From positions 17,236,001 through 17,300,000 of the forward strand of contig CM022674.1 in the NCBI GenBank assembly GCA_012295275.1: a stretch of 64,000 bases of DNA, written 5' to 3'. The stretch comes from Chrysomallon squamiferum. Lineage: Eukaryota; Animalia; Mollusca. The notes beneath the pieces are model-generated. The model had not been told where the DNA came from, did not search any database, and worked only from the letters and a program-made list of their open reading frames with translations. Of this stretch, positions 23,961 through 42,328 are shown piece by piece. Position 1 is the first letter of the stretch. The number at the start of each line of letters is the position of its first letter. The position numbers and the translations under genes were made by a program.

Positions 23961-25677
23961 TGTGTATGATTACGTATTTATCTTGTAAAGTTGTTAGGAA
24001 ACATTTCTTAAACGTAATGTGAGCTGTCAAAACAAATTAAAAAACTAAATAAAGAATGTTTGCCTGTCTTGTTGTATGTACAACATGCTGTAACATAAAT
24101 AATGTTGGTACTACTTAAAATCGCAAATCATCCGACATTCGACACACAATTAAGGATGATAAATACAATAAAATCATTTGGGATATCCTTTTCTATGATT
24201 CTTAAGTAAGATGTAAATAATTTAAGAATAATAAGCCAATATTATTCATCCTCAAACACAGGTCATAAAACAGGAATTTTGGTTCGCCATCACACTTTAG
24301 CGATACATCGCCGACATTACCGTGTTTCACGAGGTAAAGAATACAATTAGTAAACCAAATCTTTGCCATCTCCTCGCTCTGTCAATCACCCACAATGAGC
24401 TACTTTGTTTAGCTTTCAGAGTAATCCGGGCAGACACTCTTTATTTATTTATTAATTTATTTATTTATTTATTTTATTATTATTATTATTATTATTATTG
24501 TTGTTGTTATTATTATTATTTTGATGTTGTGTTAAATTTTTGGACGTATGTTCTGAATAAAACTCACGTCACTAAGATGCCATTGTCTCAAGTTCAATCT
24601 TATTTCTGTACTAAGGGCAGTTTGTTCTAGCTCACTGGTTTATCTGAATACATTATCACTGTAACTTGGCAAAAATGTCATTCTATTTTATAAGTGCGTC
24701 ACGTTTCTGAAAGCTGATATCAGGTTAAACTAAGAAAGATATTGGGTGGATTATCAACAATGTTGAAAAAAAAATGATACTATTATTGTATTTCAAAAAT
24801 TAAAACTGTGATGAAATAAATATTTTAAATTTACTTTCACTTCACTCATGTGTAAGATTTTTAAAATTAAATTAAGTAGGCCTAAGTAATAAAACAAAAA
24901 TTTGACATCTAATCTACTCAAACACTTTAAACTGGAATAAACAACTAGGCACAGTAGTAGGAAGAAAAGTCAATTTGTTATTATATCCACTGTTAAAATT
25001 AAATAAAACAAAATAAAATAAAGACACTTTAGGGAAAACTCCCGCAAAATTAACTGAAGAATAAAAGTAAAATAATAAATAAAAAATAATTTAAAAAAAT
25101 TAAAACACTGAAAGAAATATAAATGGATACGGATAAATGCCCTCCCACTCAAAATAATAATAATAATAATAATAAAAGTAATAATGATAATAATAATGTG
25201 TGTATGATTACGTATTTGTCTTGTAAATTTGTTAGGAAACATTTCTGAAACGTAATGTGAGCTGTGAAAACAAATTTAAAAAACTAAATGAAGAATGTTG
25301 GCCTCACTTGTTGTGTGTACAACATGCTGTGAAATGAATAATGCTACTTCTACTTAAAATCGCAAACATCCGACATGTGACAAACAATTATGGACGATAA
25401 ATACCATTAAATCATTTGGGACATCGTTTTCTATGATTCTTAAGTAAGATGTAAATAATTTAAGAAGAATACGCCAATATTATTCATCCTCAAATACAAG
25501 TCATATAACAGGAATTTTAGTCCGCCATCACACTTTAGCGATACATCGCCGAGATTACCGTGTTTCACGAGGTAAAGAATACAATTAGTTAACCAAATCT
25601 TTGCCATCTCCTCGCTCTGTCAAACACCCACAATGAGCTACTTTGTTTTCTTTCAGAGTACTCCGGGCAGACACTGT

Positions 25678-25761
<84 letters not shown>

Positions 25762-26919
25762 TTGATGTTGTGTTAAATTTTTGGACGTATGTTCTGAATA
25801 AAACTCACGTCACTAAGATGCCATTGTCTCAAGTTCAATCTTATTTCTGTACTAAGGGCAGTTTATTCTAGCTCACTGGTTTATCTGAATACATTATCAC
25901 TGTAACTTGGCAAAAATGTCATTCTATTCTATAAGTGCGTCACGTTTCTGAAAGCTGATATCAGGTTAAACTAAGAAAGATATTGGGTGGATTATCAATA
26001 ATGTTTGAAAAAAATGATACTATTATTGTATTTCAAAAATTAAAACTGTGATGAAATAAATATTTTAAATTTACTTTCACTTCACTCATGTGTAAGATTT
26101 TTAAAATTAAATTAAGTAGGCCTAAGTAATAAAACAAAAATTTGACATCTAATCTACTCAAACACTTTAAACTGGAATAAACAACTAGGCACAGTAGTAG
26201 GAAGAAAAGTCAATTTGTTATTATATCCACTGTTAAAATTAAATAAAACAAAATAAAAAATAAAGACACTTTAGGGAAAACTCCCGCAAAATTAACTGAA
26301 GAATAAAAGTAAAATAATAAATAAAAAATAATTTAAAAAAATTAAAACACTGAAAGAAATATAAATGGATACGGATAAATGCCCTCCCACTCAAAATAAT
26401 AATAATAATAATAAAAAAATAATAATGATAATAATAATGTGTGTATGATTACGTATTTGTCTTGTAAATTTGTTAGGAAACATTTCTGAAACGTAATGTG
26501 AGCTGTGAAAACAAATTTAAAAAACTAAATGAAGAATGTTGGCCTCACTTGTTGTGTGTACAACATGCTGTGAAATGAATAATGCTACTTCTACTTAAAA
26601 TCGCAAACATCCGACATGTGACAAACAATTATGGACGATAAATACCATTAAATCATTTGGGACATCGTTTTCTATGATTCTTAAGTAAGATGTAAATAAT
26701 TTAAGAAGAATACGCCAATATTATTCATCCTCAAATACAAGTCATATAACAGGAATTTTAGTCCGCCATGACACTTTAGCGATACATCGCCGAGATTACC
26801 GTGTTTCACGAGGTAAAGAATACAATTAGTAAACCAAATCTTTGCCATCTCCTCGCTCTGTCAATCACCCACAATGAGCTACTTTGTTTTTCTTTCAGAG
26901 TACTCCGGGCAGACACTGT

Positions 26920-27012
<93 letters not shown>

Positions 27013-27679
27013 TTGATGTTCTGTTAAATTTTTGGACGTATATTCGGAATAAAAGTCACGTCACTAACATGCCATTGTCTCAAGTTTAATCTTCTTTCTG
27101 TACTAAGGGCAGTTTGTTCTAGCTCACTGGTTTAGCTGAATACATTATCACTGTAACTTGGCGAAAATGTCGTTTCTGAAAGCTGATATCAGGTTAAAGT
27201 CAGAAAGATATTGGGTGGATTATCAACAATGTTGAAAAAAAATATACTAGTACTGTATTTTCAAAAATTAAAACTGATATGAAATAAATATTTTAAATTT
27301 ACTTTCACTTCTCTCATGCCTATGTATGTTTTTTTTTTTTTTTTTTTTTAAATTAAATTAAGTAGGCCTAAGTAATAAAAAAAAAAAATTTGACATCTAA
27401 TCTACTGAAACACTTTAAAGATGGAATAAATAAACAACCAGGCACAGTAGTAGGAAGAAAAGTAAATATGTTATTATATCCACTGTTAAAATTAAATAAA
27501 AAAAAAAAAAAAAAAAGACATTTTAGGCAAAACTCCCACAAAATTAACTGAAGAATAAAAAAAAAAAAAATAAATAAAAAAAAAAAAAAAAAAAAAAATT
27601 TAAAAAAAAAAACACTGAAAGAAATAGAAATTTGGATACGGACAAATGCCTCCCAGTCAAAATAAAAAAAATAATGATG

Positions 27680-27749
<70 letters not shown>

Positions 27750-28340
27750 TGTGTATGATTACGTATTTATCTTGTAAAGTTGTTAGGAAACATTTCTAAA
27801 CCGTAAAGTGAGCACTGAAAACAAATTAAACAACTAAATAAACAATGTTTGTGTGTCTTGCTGGGTGTACAACTTGCTGTGACATGAATAATGCTACTAC
27901 TACTTAAAATCGCAAATCATCCGACATTCGACACACAATTATGGATGATAAATACCATTAAATCATTTGGGACATCTTTTTCTATGATTCTTAAGTAAGA
28001 TGTAAATAATTTAAGAAGAATAAGCCAATATTATTCATCCTCAAACACAAGTCATATAACAGGAATTTTGGTCCGCCATGACACTTTAGCGATACATCGC
28101 CGAGATTACCGTGTTTAACGAGGTAAAGAATACAATTAGTAAACCAAATCTTTGCCATCTCCTCGCTCTGTCAATCACCCACAATGAGCTATTTGTATAC
28201 GTATGTTTGGAATAAAATGAGCTAGTTTTTGTTTAGCTTTCAGTTTAGCTAATACATTATCATTGGGCAGACACTGTTTATTTTTATTTATTTATTTATT
28301 TATTTAAACTTATTTTTTTATTATTATTATTATTTATTTA

Positions 28341-28395
<55 letters not shown>

Positions 28396-29050
28396 TTTTG
28401 TTTTGTTCTGTTAATTTTTTTACCTATATTCGGAATAAAAAGTAACGTCACTAACATGCCATTCTCTCAAGTTTAATCTTGTTTCTGTACTAAGGGCAGT
28501 TTGTTCTAGCTCACTGGTTTAGCTGAATACATTATCACTGTAACTTGGCGAAAATGTCATTCTATTTTATAAGTGCGTCACGTTTCTGAAAGCTGATATC
28601 AGGTTAAAGTCAGAAAGATATTGGGTGGATTATCAACAATGTTGAAAAAAATTATAATAGTACTGTATTTCAAAATTAAAACTGATATGAAATAAATATT
28701 TTAAATTTACTTTCACTTCTCTCTCATGTATGTTTTGTTTTTTTTAATTAAATAAAAAGTAGGCCTAAATAATAAAATAAAAATTTGACATCTAATATAT
28801 TGAAACATTTTTAAATGGAATAAACAAAAACAGACATTTTATTGAAAAAAGTCAATATGTTATTATATCCACTGTTAAAATTAAATTAAAACAAAAAAAA
28901 AAAAGATATTTTTAGGCAAAACTACCACAAAATTAACTGAAAAATAAAAGTAAAACAAATATATAAATAATAAATAAAAAATAATAAAAAAAAATAAAAC
29001 ACTGAAAGAAATAAAAATGGATACGGACAAATGCCTCCCAGTATAAAAAA

Positions 29051-29129
<79 letters not shown>

Positions 29130-29772
29130 CGTGTATGATTAAGTATTTATCTAGTAAAGTTGTTAGGAAAGCATATTTTAAACGTAATGTGACCTGTGAA
29201 AACAAATTAAACAACTAAATAAACAATGTCTGCCTGTCTTGCTGTATGTACAACATGCTGTGACATGAATAATACTACTACTACTTAAAATCGCAAATCA
29301 TCCGTCATTTGAGACACTGTTATGGATGATAAATACCATTAAATCATTTGGGACATCTTTTTTCTATGATTCTTATGTAAGATGTAAGTAATTTATGAAG
29401 AATAAGCCAATATAATTCATCCTCAAACACAAGTCATATAACAGGAATTTTGGTCCGCCATGACACTTTAGCAATACATCGCCGAGATGATCGTGTTTCA
29501 CGAGGTAAAGAATACAATTAGCATGTTTGCAGCATCTTGATAAAATATCATACAATAAGATAAAATACGAATTGTTTTTATGCTGTGAAATAACTAACGA
29601 ACCATCAGAGACTACAAAAAACAATATAGTGTAAGTTTTCCTTACCAGCAGTAGTGACCCAAATTTTCCGGCATGTCGTCCGTCTTTGAATCAACCAGCA
29701 AGAAACTATATTGTTTAGCTTTCAGAGTACTCCGACATACACTGTTTATTTATTTATTTATTTATTTATTTA

Positions 29773-29843
<71 letters not shown>

Positions 29844-30560
29844 GTTTCTGGTAAAATTTTTTACCTATATTCTGAATAAAAGTAACATGACTAACACGCC
29901 ATTCTCTCAAGTTTAGTCTTGTTCATGTACTAAGAGCAGTTTGTTCTACGCCACTGGTTCAGCTGAATACATTATCATTGTAACTTGGCGAAAATGACAG
30001 TCACTTTTCTGAAAGCTGATTTCACGTTCAAGACAGAAAGATATTCGGTGGATTATAAACAGTGTTGAATAAAATTATAATTGTAGTGTACTTCAAAAGT
30101 AAAACTGATGTGAAATAAATATTTTAAATTTACTTTCACTTCTCTCTTGTGTAAGTTTTTTTAATTAAATAAAGTAGGCCTACGTAAGAAAATAAAAATT
30201 TGACATCTAATCTACTGAAATACTTTTAGGTGGAATAAACAAACGGGCACAGTAGTAGGAAGAAAAGTAAAACTTTTATTATATTCACTGTTAAAATTAA
30301 ATTAAAAAAAAAGACATTTTAGGCAAACCTCGCAAAATAACTGAACAGTAAACGTAAAACAAAATAAATAAATAATAAATACAAATTTTTTAAATAATAA
30401 TAATAAATAAAATAATAATAAATAATATTAATAATAATAACAACAACAATAACAATAATAATAATAATAATGTGTGTATGATTACTTATTTATGTACTAA
30501 AGTTGTTAGGAAACATATTTTAAACGTAATGCGAGCTGTCAAAACAAATTGATCAACTAA
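23480..30560. repeat. Macrosatellite array, ~1.24-1.38-kb unit containing (TTTA)n/(TTA)n and (TAA)n tracts
   Basis: Marker CGTGTTTCACGAGGTAAAGAATACAATTAG (or a close variant) recurs at ~24321, 25559, 26800, 28110 and 29492. Confidence 0.93.
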
Positions 30561-30831
30561 ATAAACAGTGTTTGCGTGTCTATTTTTTTTCTAAAACAAC
30601 CACAACAACAACAAAATCCAAACTCTCAAAAAGTGAGAGAGTTATAATTAGAAGAGACAGGATGAAATCTTGGAATTTTTTATTTTATTTTATATTATTT
30701 TTTTTTTATTTTATATATTTTTTTTTTGTAAACAATTTAATTTTCCAGATGAAATAATTTAACCAACCTTTTTGGGCAAAAAATGCTGATACCTAGATAG
30801 CGAGAAAATCCAAATAGCTATCCAAATAGCT

Positions 30832-32712
30832 ATGAATCTTTCTGAAACTAAAAAGCAAGTCTCATCCCTTAAGAAAAAGAAAAAGCGTATAAAGCATTAC
30901 TATCAGCAAAAATCACAGAAAGCATTTTTTCATCCAGAAACTCCTGGTGAAATTGAAACCCTAGACAAACAATTAGCAGATAAAAACAGTGAAATACTTG
31001 AACTTCAGGATGATAAACTAGTTTTGGAGGAGCGCCTGAATGATTTGGAAAATGAATTGACATTGACCAAAACTGATGGAAAAACATATTCTCCTGATAC
31101 CAGGATGATGGTTTTTGACTGTATTTTAAGTCACACTCCCACTGCCCATATTTCACAGCAAATACAAAAAAATATCACTTCACTGTGGGGTTACCCTTAA
31201 GGATATCCCACGTAGGACCCTCTGTATAGGCAACAGCTCAAGAGTTAGGTGTAATAGCCGAGTTACAGGTAGCAGAAACCCTCATAGAAAAGGAACACTT
31301 TAAACTGGGGTCCGATGCCACCACACAAGAAGGTCAGCATGTAAACTCCATTCATTTCACCACTGAAAAACAGTGTCTTGTTGCAGCTGTAGATGACTTA
31401 CCTGGATGCACAGCAGCAGTTTACCATTGCCATATCACGGATACTGTGGACAAGCTTGCATCTGTTCCTTTTCAATTCAATGAAAAAGAGTTCCAGGAAT
31501 CAAGACACAAAATTATTTCAAACATATCAAACACACTTACTGATCAATGTGCTGCTAACCGTGCAGCAACTGAATTATTGAATGAAACATGGGACAAACG
31601 TTTGAATGAGCTTTATTGTCATCTACATCACTTGGATACAATAGCAATCAAAACAAGATCAGCTTTGAAAGATTATGGAAAAAAGGTGAAAAACATGTGA
31701 AAGGATATGTCTTTCTGAAGGCATAGTAATTCAGGTCAACAAATTACGATATAAAGATCGAACAGGTGATCCCAGAGGCTTCCTCGTATTTTTAGAGAAG
31801 GACAAACGTCCACGAGGAATCATACCCAGGTACAGAGGCATCGGTTACATGTGCTTTTCCAGATATGTGGTATCCTTTTAGAACATCAGGATAAATTTGA
31901 AAGATTACTGAATTCTGGAAGATCCCTGGAACAACACTTATGAAACTCAGACAAAATCTAAAGGATAGAGAAATGTTTAAAGACTTGACGAGGGTATGTT
32001 TGGAAGCTATCATAGCAGTTTGGGAAAGCAGTACAAGAAGAACTTTTGATTTGGATGTTTCAGAAGAATTGAGACGAGAGACAAACTCCGCACGAACACA
32101 CAATATTGATGCGGAGGAGGTCATGGGAATGTTTAGTGCCATGAAAAACAAAGCTCTTAGTGGCACAATTTGCTACCTTTCATCTAAGATAAGGGCTGTG
32201 AAAAACAGAACAGCAGATTATCTAGACAAAATGCCAAAAGAAAGAAGGGAATTGATCCTGAAGAAACCATCAGTGTTGCAGAATAGCAGCGACGAAGGAC
32301 AAGAAAGAAACAGAAAGATATTATGGAGGAAATTTCACACAGGATGGCATAGAAAGAGCAGGCAAAGGATGATGCTGCAAGAAGGAAAACTGAAAGGAAA
32401 CTGAAGGAAATAAGACCCGTCATTGAGAATACTCTCTTGAAAGTATTTCCAGATTTAGGGACAACAGTGGAAACTCTTGAGGAATTATTAGAGGGGAAAG
32501 GTGTAGGCCGAAATGTGTGCCATATTTGGTATGAAAAGTAGATGCAGGTGCCATAGAATGGACTGATTGTAGAATAGTTTGGAAGTGGGAAGGAAAAAAA
32601 ATATGTTGCGACGTACTGGCAACTTGACCAAACCAAGGATGACGCCACAGACCATGAAATATCAGTCTGTGCTCTGAGGGCCGATTTTATCTCGAATGAC
32701 TTAACAATTTAA
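30832..32712 (+). pseudogene. Decayed DDE DNA transposase (CxxH-containing, hAT/Mutator/P-like group; superfamily not resolved), copy 1
   Basis: Fragmented frames give a coiled-coil N-terminus, LGSDATTQEG (D1), TLTDQCAAN (D2), LYCHLH (CxxH), GDPRGF, PRYRG and THNIDAEEVMGMFS (E). Intronless, with many stops and frameshifts; a 5' flank fragment also occurs at ~22075-22280. Confidence 0.7.
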
Positions 32713-33939
32713 TTTATGTGTGACATGTTTTTGATATTTTGCTTTCACTTTCAGCATTCTTCTAAGTTCTAAAATGACAATTAGTCTTTTCCAGTTTTAA
32801 ACAGCTGTTTACCTTAATTAACAACTAATTAATGATTTTAATTACTAACTTAATTACACTTGATTACTTTGAAATGCAATTTCATTTGCTTAGATAGACG
32901 GCATGAAAGTTAAACTACTTACAATGAAAAGTTCATATCTAAATTCTCAATATTAAGGATATTGATATGGCCGGTTAAGACTTTATGCCTTAATTACCAA
33001 GTAATTAAGTAATTAATAGATTTAATTGCACTTGATTACTCTAAAATACAGTTTCACTTGCTTATATGGACAACATACAAGTTAACCTACTTGCACTGAA
33101 AATGTCTTCTCAAAATTCCCGCTATTAAGGAAAATATATCAATTTTTCTTTAAAATGTTACAATTTCGGTCACGCAAATCCTATTGTTTCAGCAGTAATT
33201 AAATGACGAAAATTAGGCCAATATTCAAATTTGAAAATTCTCTCATTTTTTTAATAGTCTACCTATCTCCATGGTTTTAGTATGATTTTAAAGGGTTTAC
33301 AGAGCTCTATCATGTACTGTTGTTTATTTTATGATAGGTGGAGTTTGAAAGTTGTGTCCACGTATCTACTATGACTAGGTGAGAGAAATCTCTGTTGCTG
33401 TTGAAACCCGATAAAAATTGAACTTTCACGATGTTCAAACTACATTCAAAAATGTTCGGGCAAGATAATTTTGTAAATCTTTCCGAAAGATGTCGGCAAC
33501 TTTCCTTCTCGTTTATTATCGCGTTATTCATCTTCATTTACGACGAGTGTTTTTTCAGAAATATAATTGATATCTCGTTGACTAATTTATCTCGACAGAA
33601 ACTAAACGGTTGTAATTTATCAAACTAAATAAATAAATGATATCAATAAATTACCACTGACCTTCAACATGATCTTCATCCATGATTGTTTGTGTTTTCA
33701 GAATAACACGACGAACGTCCTTTTCCGTTGAAAGTTTCCGCTAGTAATGGCGCTTGCGGGAAATGTTAGCCGTAACTATGGTTTGGAAACTAAACGCTAT
33801 TGGATAGTTAATCATCATGGCAATTAACCGACCAATGGCGAGGAGTTAAAGTATATTACGCAACAATATGAAATATTACAAGTGGTTTTCCAATATCAAA
33901 CTAGAAGTTTCTAGAATGTTCCATGCGTTACTATAAGTA

Positions 33940-37060
<3,121 letters not shown>

Positions 37061-38567
37061 ATATATATATATAGAGAGACTCTTTCCTGCTAAATAATAG
37101 GAAAAAGAAAGATGATTATTAGCAGGGTTTTCCTTACATTTATTTTCCTTTTATTTTGATTACTTCAGTTCCATATCGCTGTTGTAATTACATATTCTTC
37201 CATTAACTAGTGTCCACGGTTGATGTGTTAGAACTCGGTAAGTTTGTATGGAATCAGTGGAACTGTCTCTCATCCTAGTTACCCAGAATGCAATGTTCTT
37301 CCCAGTTATTACACAATTTAATTTTGTAAAAAATCCATTGAGAAGAATTTATGAATTGCGTTATGAAGAAATGAACATACTCTGTCATTACTATTTATTT
37401 TGTAGTTGACTTCACTAAGTTAAACTGTTATGAATGAGAGAGAGATCGTTTTCATTATAATACTTACTTAAGTTAAAAACAAAGCAACTGATAGAGGTTT
37501 AACTGTTCCATACTAGAATATTAATTAATTCCCAGTTATTAATCCCAAATACAAAAGCCTCTAACGATAATCCCACGATCATGGGATATACACAAAACAA
37601 TCAAATAAAGTATTTTATTAATAGGATTTACTGAAATGAAAAATAAAAAACTTCTTGAGTGCATAACAATCATACATGAAAAATTTGCTGTGATTGTTTT
37701 CATAATAAAATATTTTAGAAACGCCACTTACCAAAAATAAAATGTCGTAAAAGTTGGCAAAACATAGAAATACGTATGTTAATTAATATTAACACATATT
37801 TACTCAGATTAAAATATACATCCTGTGAGATATACACGTAAAGAGAGTATGTAAACTGGGTACAAAAATTTATAAAATTTAAGATTTTTATTTGCGTATA
37901 CAAGAAGATATTTTCGTGGAATTATTAAAATTATCTTAAGTGATTATTGCACCAATGTTACAGGGGCCTCTGCTTTTATCAATAAGTGCATAGTGATTGT
38001 GTAACAGCTGTGGTATAACAGATATGAGACAAGTGTTTGTGGATTTAGACATACACACTGATATTCCAACAGTGGTCAATGACTGAGGGATGAAAGTTCA
38101 ATGTGCAGGTTTGTGTGTTTGAGTTCAGGTGTAAGCCAAGCAGTGTCATTAAAATACATACATAAATAAAACTGAAAAGATATTAAATGTACATTTAATC
38201 ATTATTAATTTTCAAATGTCTTGTCCTTGGATCCTGGTCATTATTAAATTAAAAGGGAAATCAACACTATAAAACACATATCCCACAAACTAATAACCAC
38301 AAACATGAGGAACTGATGAACGAAATTGGTTGGGTGTAAACTGAGACATAGATATACATAATCCATCTCCAAAGACTTAAATGTTTATTAACCATTCTGG
38401 TACAGATGTTGGCACAAGGTGTACTCTACAGTCCCAGGTGTTGGGTGGTGAAAGTTACCTAGTTTCACTTTACTGTGCAACTAAAAATCAGTGTGTTAGG
38501 TTGAGGGCATATATATATAACACACACACACAACACACACACAACACATGGTTATAAATATATATAC

Positions 38568-38602
<35 letters not shown>

Positions 38603-39069
38603 TTATTACAGTCTCTGACATCACTCAACAATTATATACATACCGCAATACTGTCTCATATAATTTGATGATGTTAACAAATATTTACACATACCAAAAT
38701 TTACAACAGCATTTTCCAGTTCTAAAACAGCTGTGGTAGAAGGTAGAATATTTGAGGGAATGTTGGGTAAAATGTTTGTGTTCCCTATTTATTTTTCACA
38801 ACATTAACACATTTGAAGAAATGTTAATAATAAATAATAAAACCAAATATTCAAAAGTTTAATACATTATTTAACTCTTAAAAAACTGTTCTTCAAATGA
38901 TTTCTACTTTCAGTAGTCGAATGGGATGAATTTTTTCAAATCCTATTGATGTGTAATTTATATATTGTATGTATTTTATTACTATGTGTTACACTCTAAA
39001 TCCTCCTTATAGCTGAGTGCTATTTAAAGTTTATTATGAATTTGTAACCTGCAAAACAGTTTTTCATCA

Positions 39070-39735
39070 GGATTAATATTGGTGTTAGCATTCGACTTAA
39101 GTTTAACGACTTCGTTAGCGTAGGTTTAGAGTTAACGATGGAAGCTTAGGGTTAGTGATAGAGTTAGGGTTATTTAAATTTTATTATGAGTGTTATGATA
39201 ATGTGCAATATAATCTGAGGTCACGGTTGGAACTAGCCTTACTGTAAGAATTAATTTTGGGGACATGAGTAGGATTAGGTTCAGAAGTTGAGATATGGTT
39301 AGAGTTAGGGTTAGAGTTAGTTAGGGTGAGTGTTAGGGATAGAGGCTGGGTTAGGTTAGGATTACAGCTAGATTATTTAAATTGTATTATGAGTGTTATG
39401 ATAATATGCAATATAATTTGAGGGACTTGTGTAGGTTTAGATATATATGTTGAGCTAGGTTAGGTTTACGGTTACGGTTAGAGTTAGGGTTTTACATTTC
39501 ATTATGAGTGTTAAGATAGTACACAAAAATAATTTGAGGTCACGATTGAAGTAGCGATAGGGTAATAATTAATGTTGGGGGCTGGTAGGGCTAGGGTTTG
39601 AAGTTGAGCTAATGGAGTCAGGATTAAGGTTTATTAGATTAGGTTAGGGGTGAGAGTTATTTTAATTTTATTATGAGTCTTAATAATCCAAAACAGTTTT
39701 TTTCTGTCAGGTTTAGTACTAGGGTTGAATGAATT
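39070..39735 (+). repeat. Degenerate TTAGGG-rich satellite, copy 1
   Basis: Many GTTAGG/GTTAGA hexamers punctuated by TTATTTAAATTTTATTATGAG-like spacers; ends at the gap. Confidence 0.85.
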
Positions 39736-39935
39736 NNNNNNNNNNNNNNNNNNNNNNNNNNNNNNNNNNNNNNNNNNNNNNNNNNNNNNNNNNNNNNNNN
39801 NNNNNNNNNNNNNNNNNNNNNNNNNNNNNNNNNNNNNNNNNNNNNNNNNNNNNNNNNNNNNNNNNNNNNNNNNNNNNNNNNNNNNNNNNNNNNNNNNNNN
39901 NNNNNNNNNNNNNNNNNNNNNNNNNNNNNNNNNNN
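39736..39935. other. Assembly gap (200 N)
   Basis: Run of N. Confidence 1.
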
Positions 39936-40070
39936 TAAACGTAAAATAAATAAATAAATAATAAATACAATTTATTTAAAAAGAAAAAAACAACCACAAC
40001 AACAGCAAAATCCAAACTCTCAAAAAGTCAGAGAGTTATAATTAGAAGAGACAGGATGAAATCTTGGAAC

Positions 40071-40112
<42 letters not shown>

Positions 40113-40229
40113 TTTTTTTTTTTTTTTTTTTTTTTTTGTATGAAATTCAATTTTCCAGATGAAATAATTTAACCAATCTTTTTGGGCAAAAAATCCTGAT
40201 ACCTAGATACCGAGAAAATCCAAATAGCT

Positions 40230-42328
40230 ATGAATATTTCTGAAACTAAAAAGCAAGTCTCATCCCTTAAGAAAAGGAAAAAGCGTATAAAGCATTACTA
40301 TCAGCAAAAATCACAGAAAGCACTCTTTCATCCAGAAACTCGTGGTGAAATTGAAACCCCAGACAAACAATTAGCAGATAAAAACAGTGAAATACTTGAA
40401 CTTCACGATGATAAACTAGTTTTGGAGGAGCGCCTGAATGATTTGGAAAATGAATTGACGTTGACCAAAACTGATGGATAAACATATTCTCCTGATACCA
40501 GGATGATGGTTTTTGACTGTATTTTAAGTCACACTCCCACTGCTCATATTTCACAGCAAATACAAAAAATATCATTTCACTGTGGGGTTACCCTTAAGGA
40601 TATCCCACGTAGGACCTCTGTGGAGGCAATTGCTCGAGTGTTAGGTGTAATAAACGAGATACAGGTAGCAGAAACCCTCATAGAAAAGGAACACTTTACA
40701 CTGGGGTCCGATGCCACCACAGAAGAAGGTCAGCATGTAAACTCCATTCATTGTCTTGTTGCAGCCGCAGATTACCATTGCCTTATCACGGATACTGAGG
40801 ACAAGCTTGCATCTGTTCCTTTCTATTTCAATGAGAAAGAGTTCCAGGAATCAAGACAAAAAAATATTTCAAACATATCAAACACACTTACTGATCAATG
40901 TGCTGCTAACCGTGCAGCAGCTGAATTATTGAATGAAACATGGGACAAACGTTTGAAAGAGCTTTATTGTCATCTACATCACTTGGATACAATAGCAATC
41001 AAAACAAGATCAGCTTTGAAAGATTATGGAAAAAAGGTAAAAAAATGAAAAACGTGAAAGGATCTGACTCTCTTGCTTGAGGCATAGTAATTCAGGTCAA
41101 CAAATTACGATATAAAGATCGAAAAGGTGATCCCAGAGGCTTCCTAGTATTTTTAGAGAAGGACAAACGTCCACGAGGAATCATACCCAGGTAAACAGGC
41201 ATCGGTTACATGTGCTTTTCCAGATATGTGGTATCCTTTTAGAACATCAGGATAAATTTGAAAGATTACTGAATTCTGGAAGATCCCTGGGTGGCCAGCT
41301 CTTGCGTATTCAAACAAATTTCACTAATACTAAAGGAATAGTTGAGATACAGGTTCTAGGAATTCTAGGAAAATTAATCACTGGTCCATGGATGAAATTA
41401 TTCTACACCAGTCACATGGATCAGATTGAACATGTGGAAGGAATTCAGCGAGTCAAAGAAGTTCTTGTCCAGCTGAAGGCTTTCAAAGACTGCCCTGAGA
41501 ATACACTCTTTCTGTCAGCAAGGATATTTTTGGACCTGAATTGTCCTCTTCCGACCACAACACTTATGAAACAGACAAAATCCAAAGGATAGAGAAATGT
41601 TGAGGATATGTTTGGAAGCCATGATAGCAGTTTTGGAAAAGCAGTACAAGAAGTACTTTGAGTTGAATATTTCAGAAGAATTCAGACGAGAGACAAAGTC
41701 CGCACGAACACACAGTATTGATGCGGAGGAGGTCATGGGAATGTTTTGTGCTAAAAAAAAAAACAAAGATCTTAGTGGCACAATTTGCTACCTTTCATCT
41801 AAGATAAGGGCTGTGAATAACAGAACAGCAGATTATCTAGACAAAATGCCAAAAGAAAGAAGGGAATTGATCCTCAAGAAGGCCATCAGTTTTCCAGAAT
41901 AGCAGCGACGAAGGACAAGAAAGAAACAGAAAGATATTATGGAGGAAATTTCACACAGGATGGCAGAGAAAGAGCAGGCAGATGATGATGCTGCAAGAAG
42001 GAAAACTGAAAGGAAACTGAAGGAAATCAGACCCGTCAATGAGAATACTCTCTTGAAACCATTTCCAGATTTAGGGACAAGAGTGGAAACTCTTGAGGAA
42101 TTAATAGAGGGGAAAGCTGTAGGCCGAAATATGTGCCCTATTTGGTATGAAAAGCAGATGCACGTGCCATAGAATGGTCTGATTGCAGAACAGTTTGGAA
42201 GTGGGAAGGAGAAAAAATATGTTGTGACGTACTGGCCACTTGACCAAACCATGGATGACGCCACACACCATGAAATATCAGACTGTGCTCTGAGGGCCGA
42301 TTTTATCTCGAATGACTTAACAATTTAA
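40230..42328 (+). pseudogene. Decayed DDE DNA transposase, copy 2
   Basis: Same motifs as 30832-32712 (LGSDATTEEG, TLTD, YCHLH, DAEEVMGMF). Retains ~41291-41556, which is missing from copy 1. Confidence 0.7.

Noticed and set aside
29373-29624. Recurrent minus-strand ORF YLVKH..LG...KCHGGP in macrosatellite units
   Set aside because: Frames and stops differ between units and there is no domain similarity. Recurrence reflects the DNA repeat.
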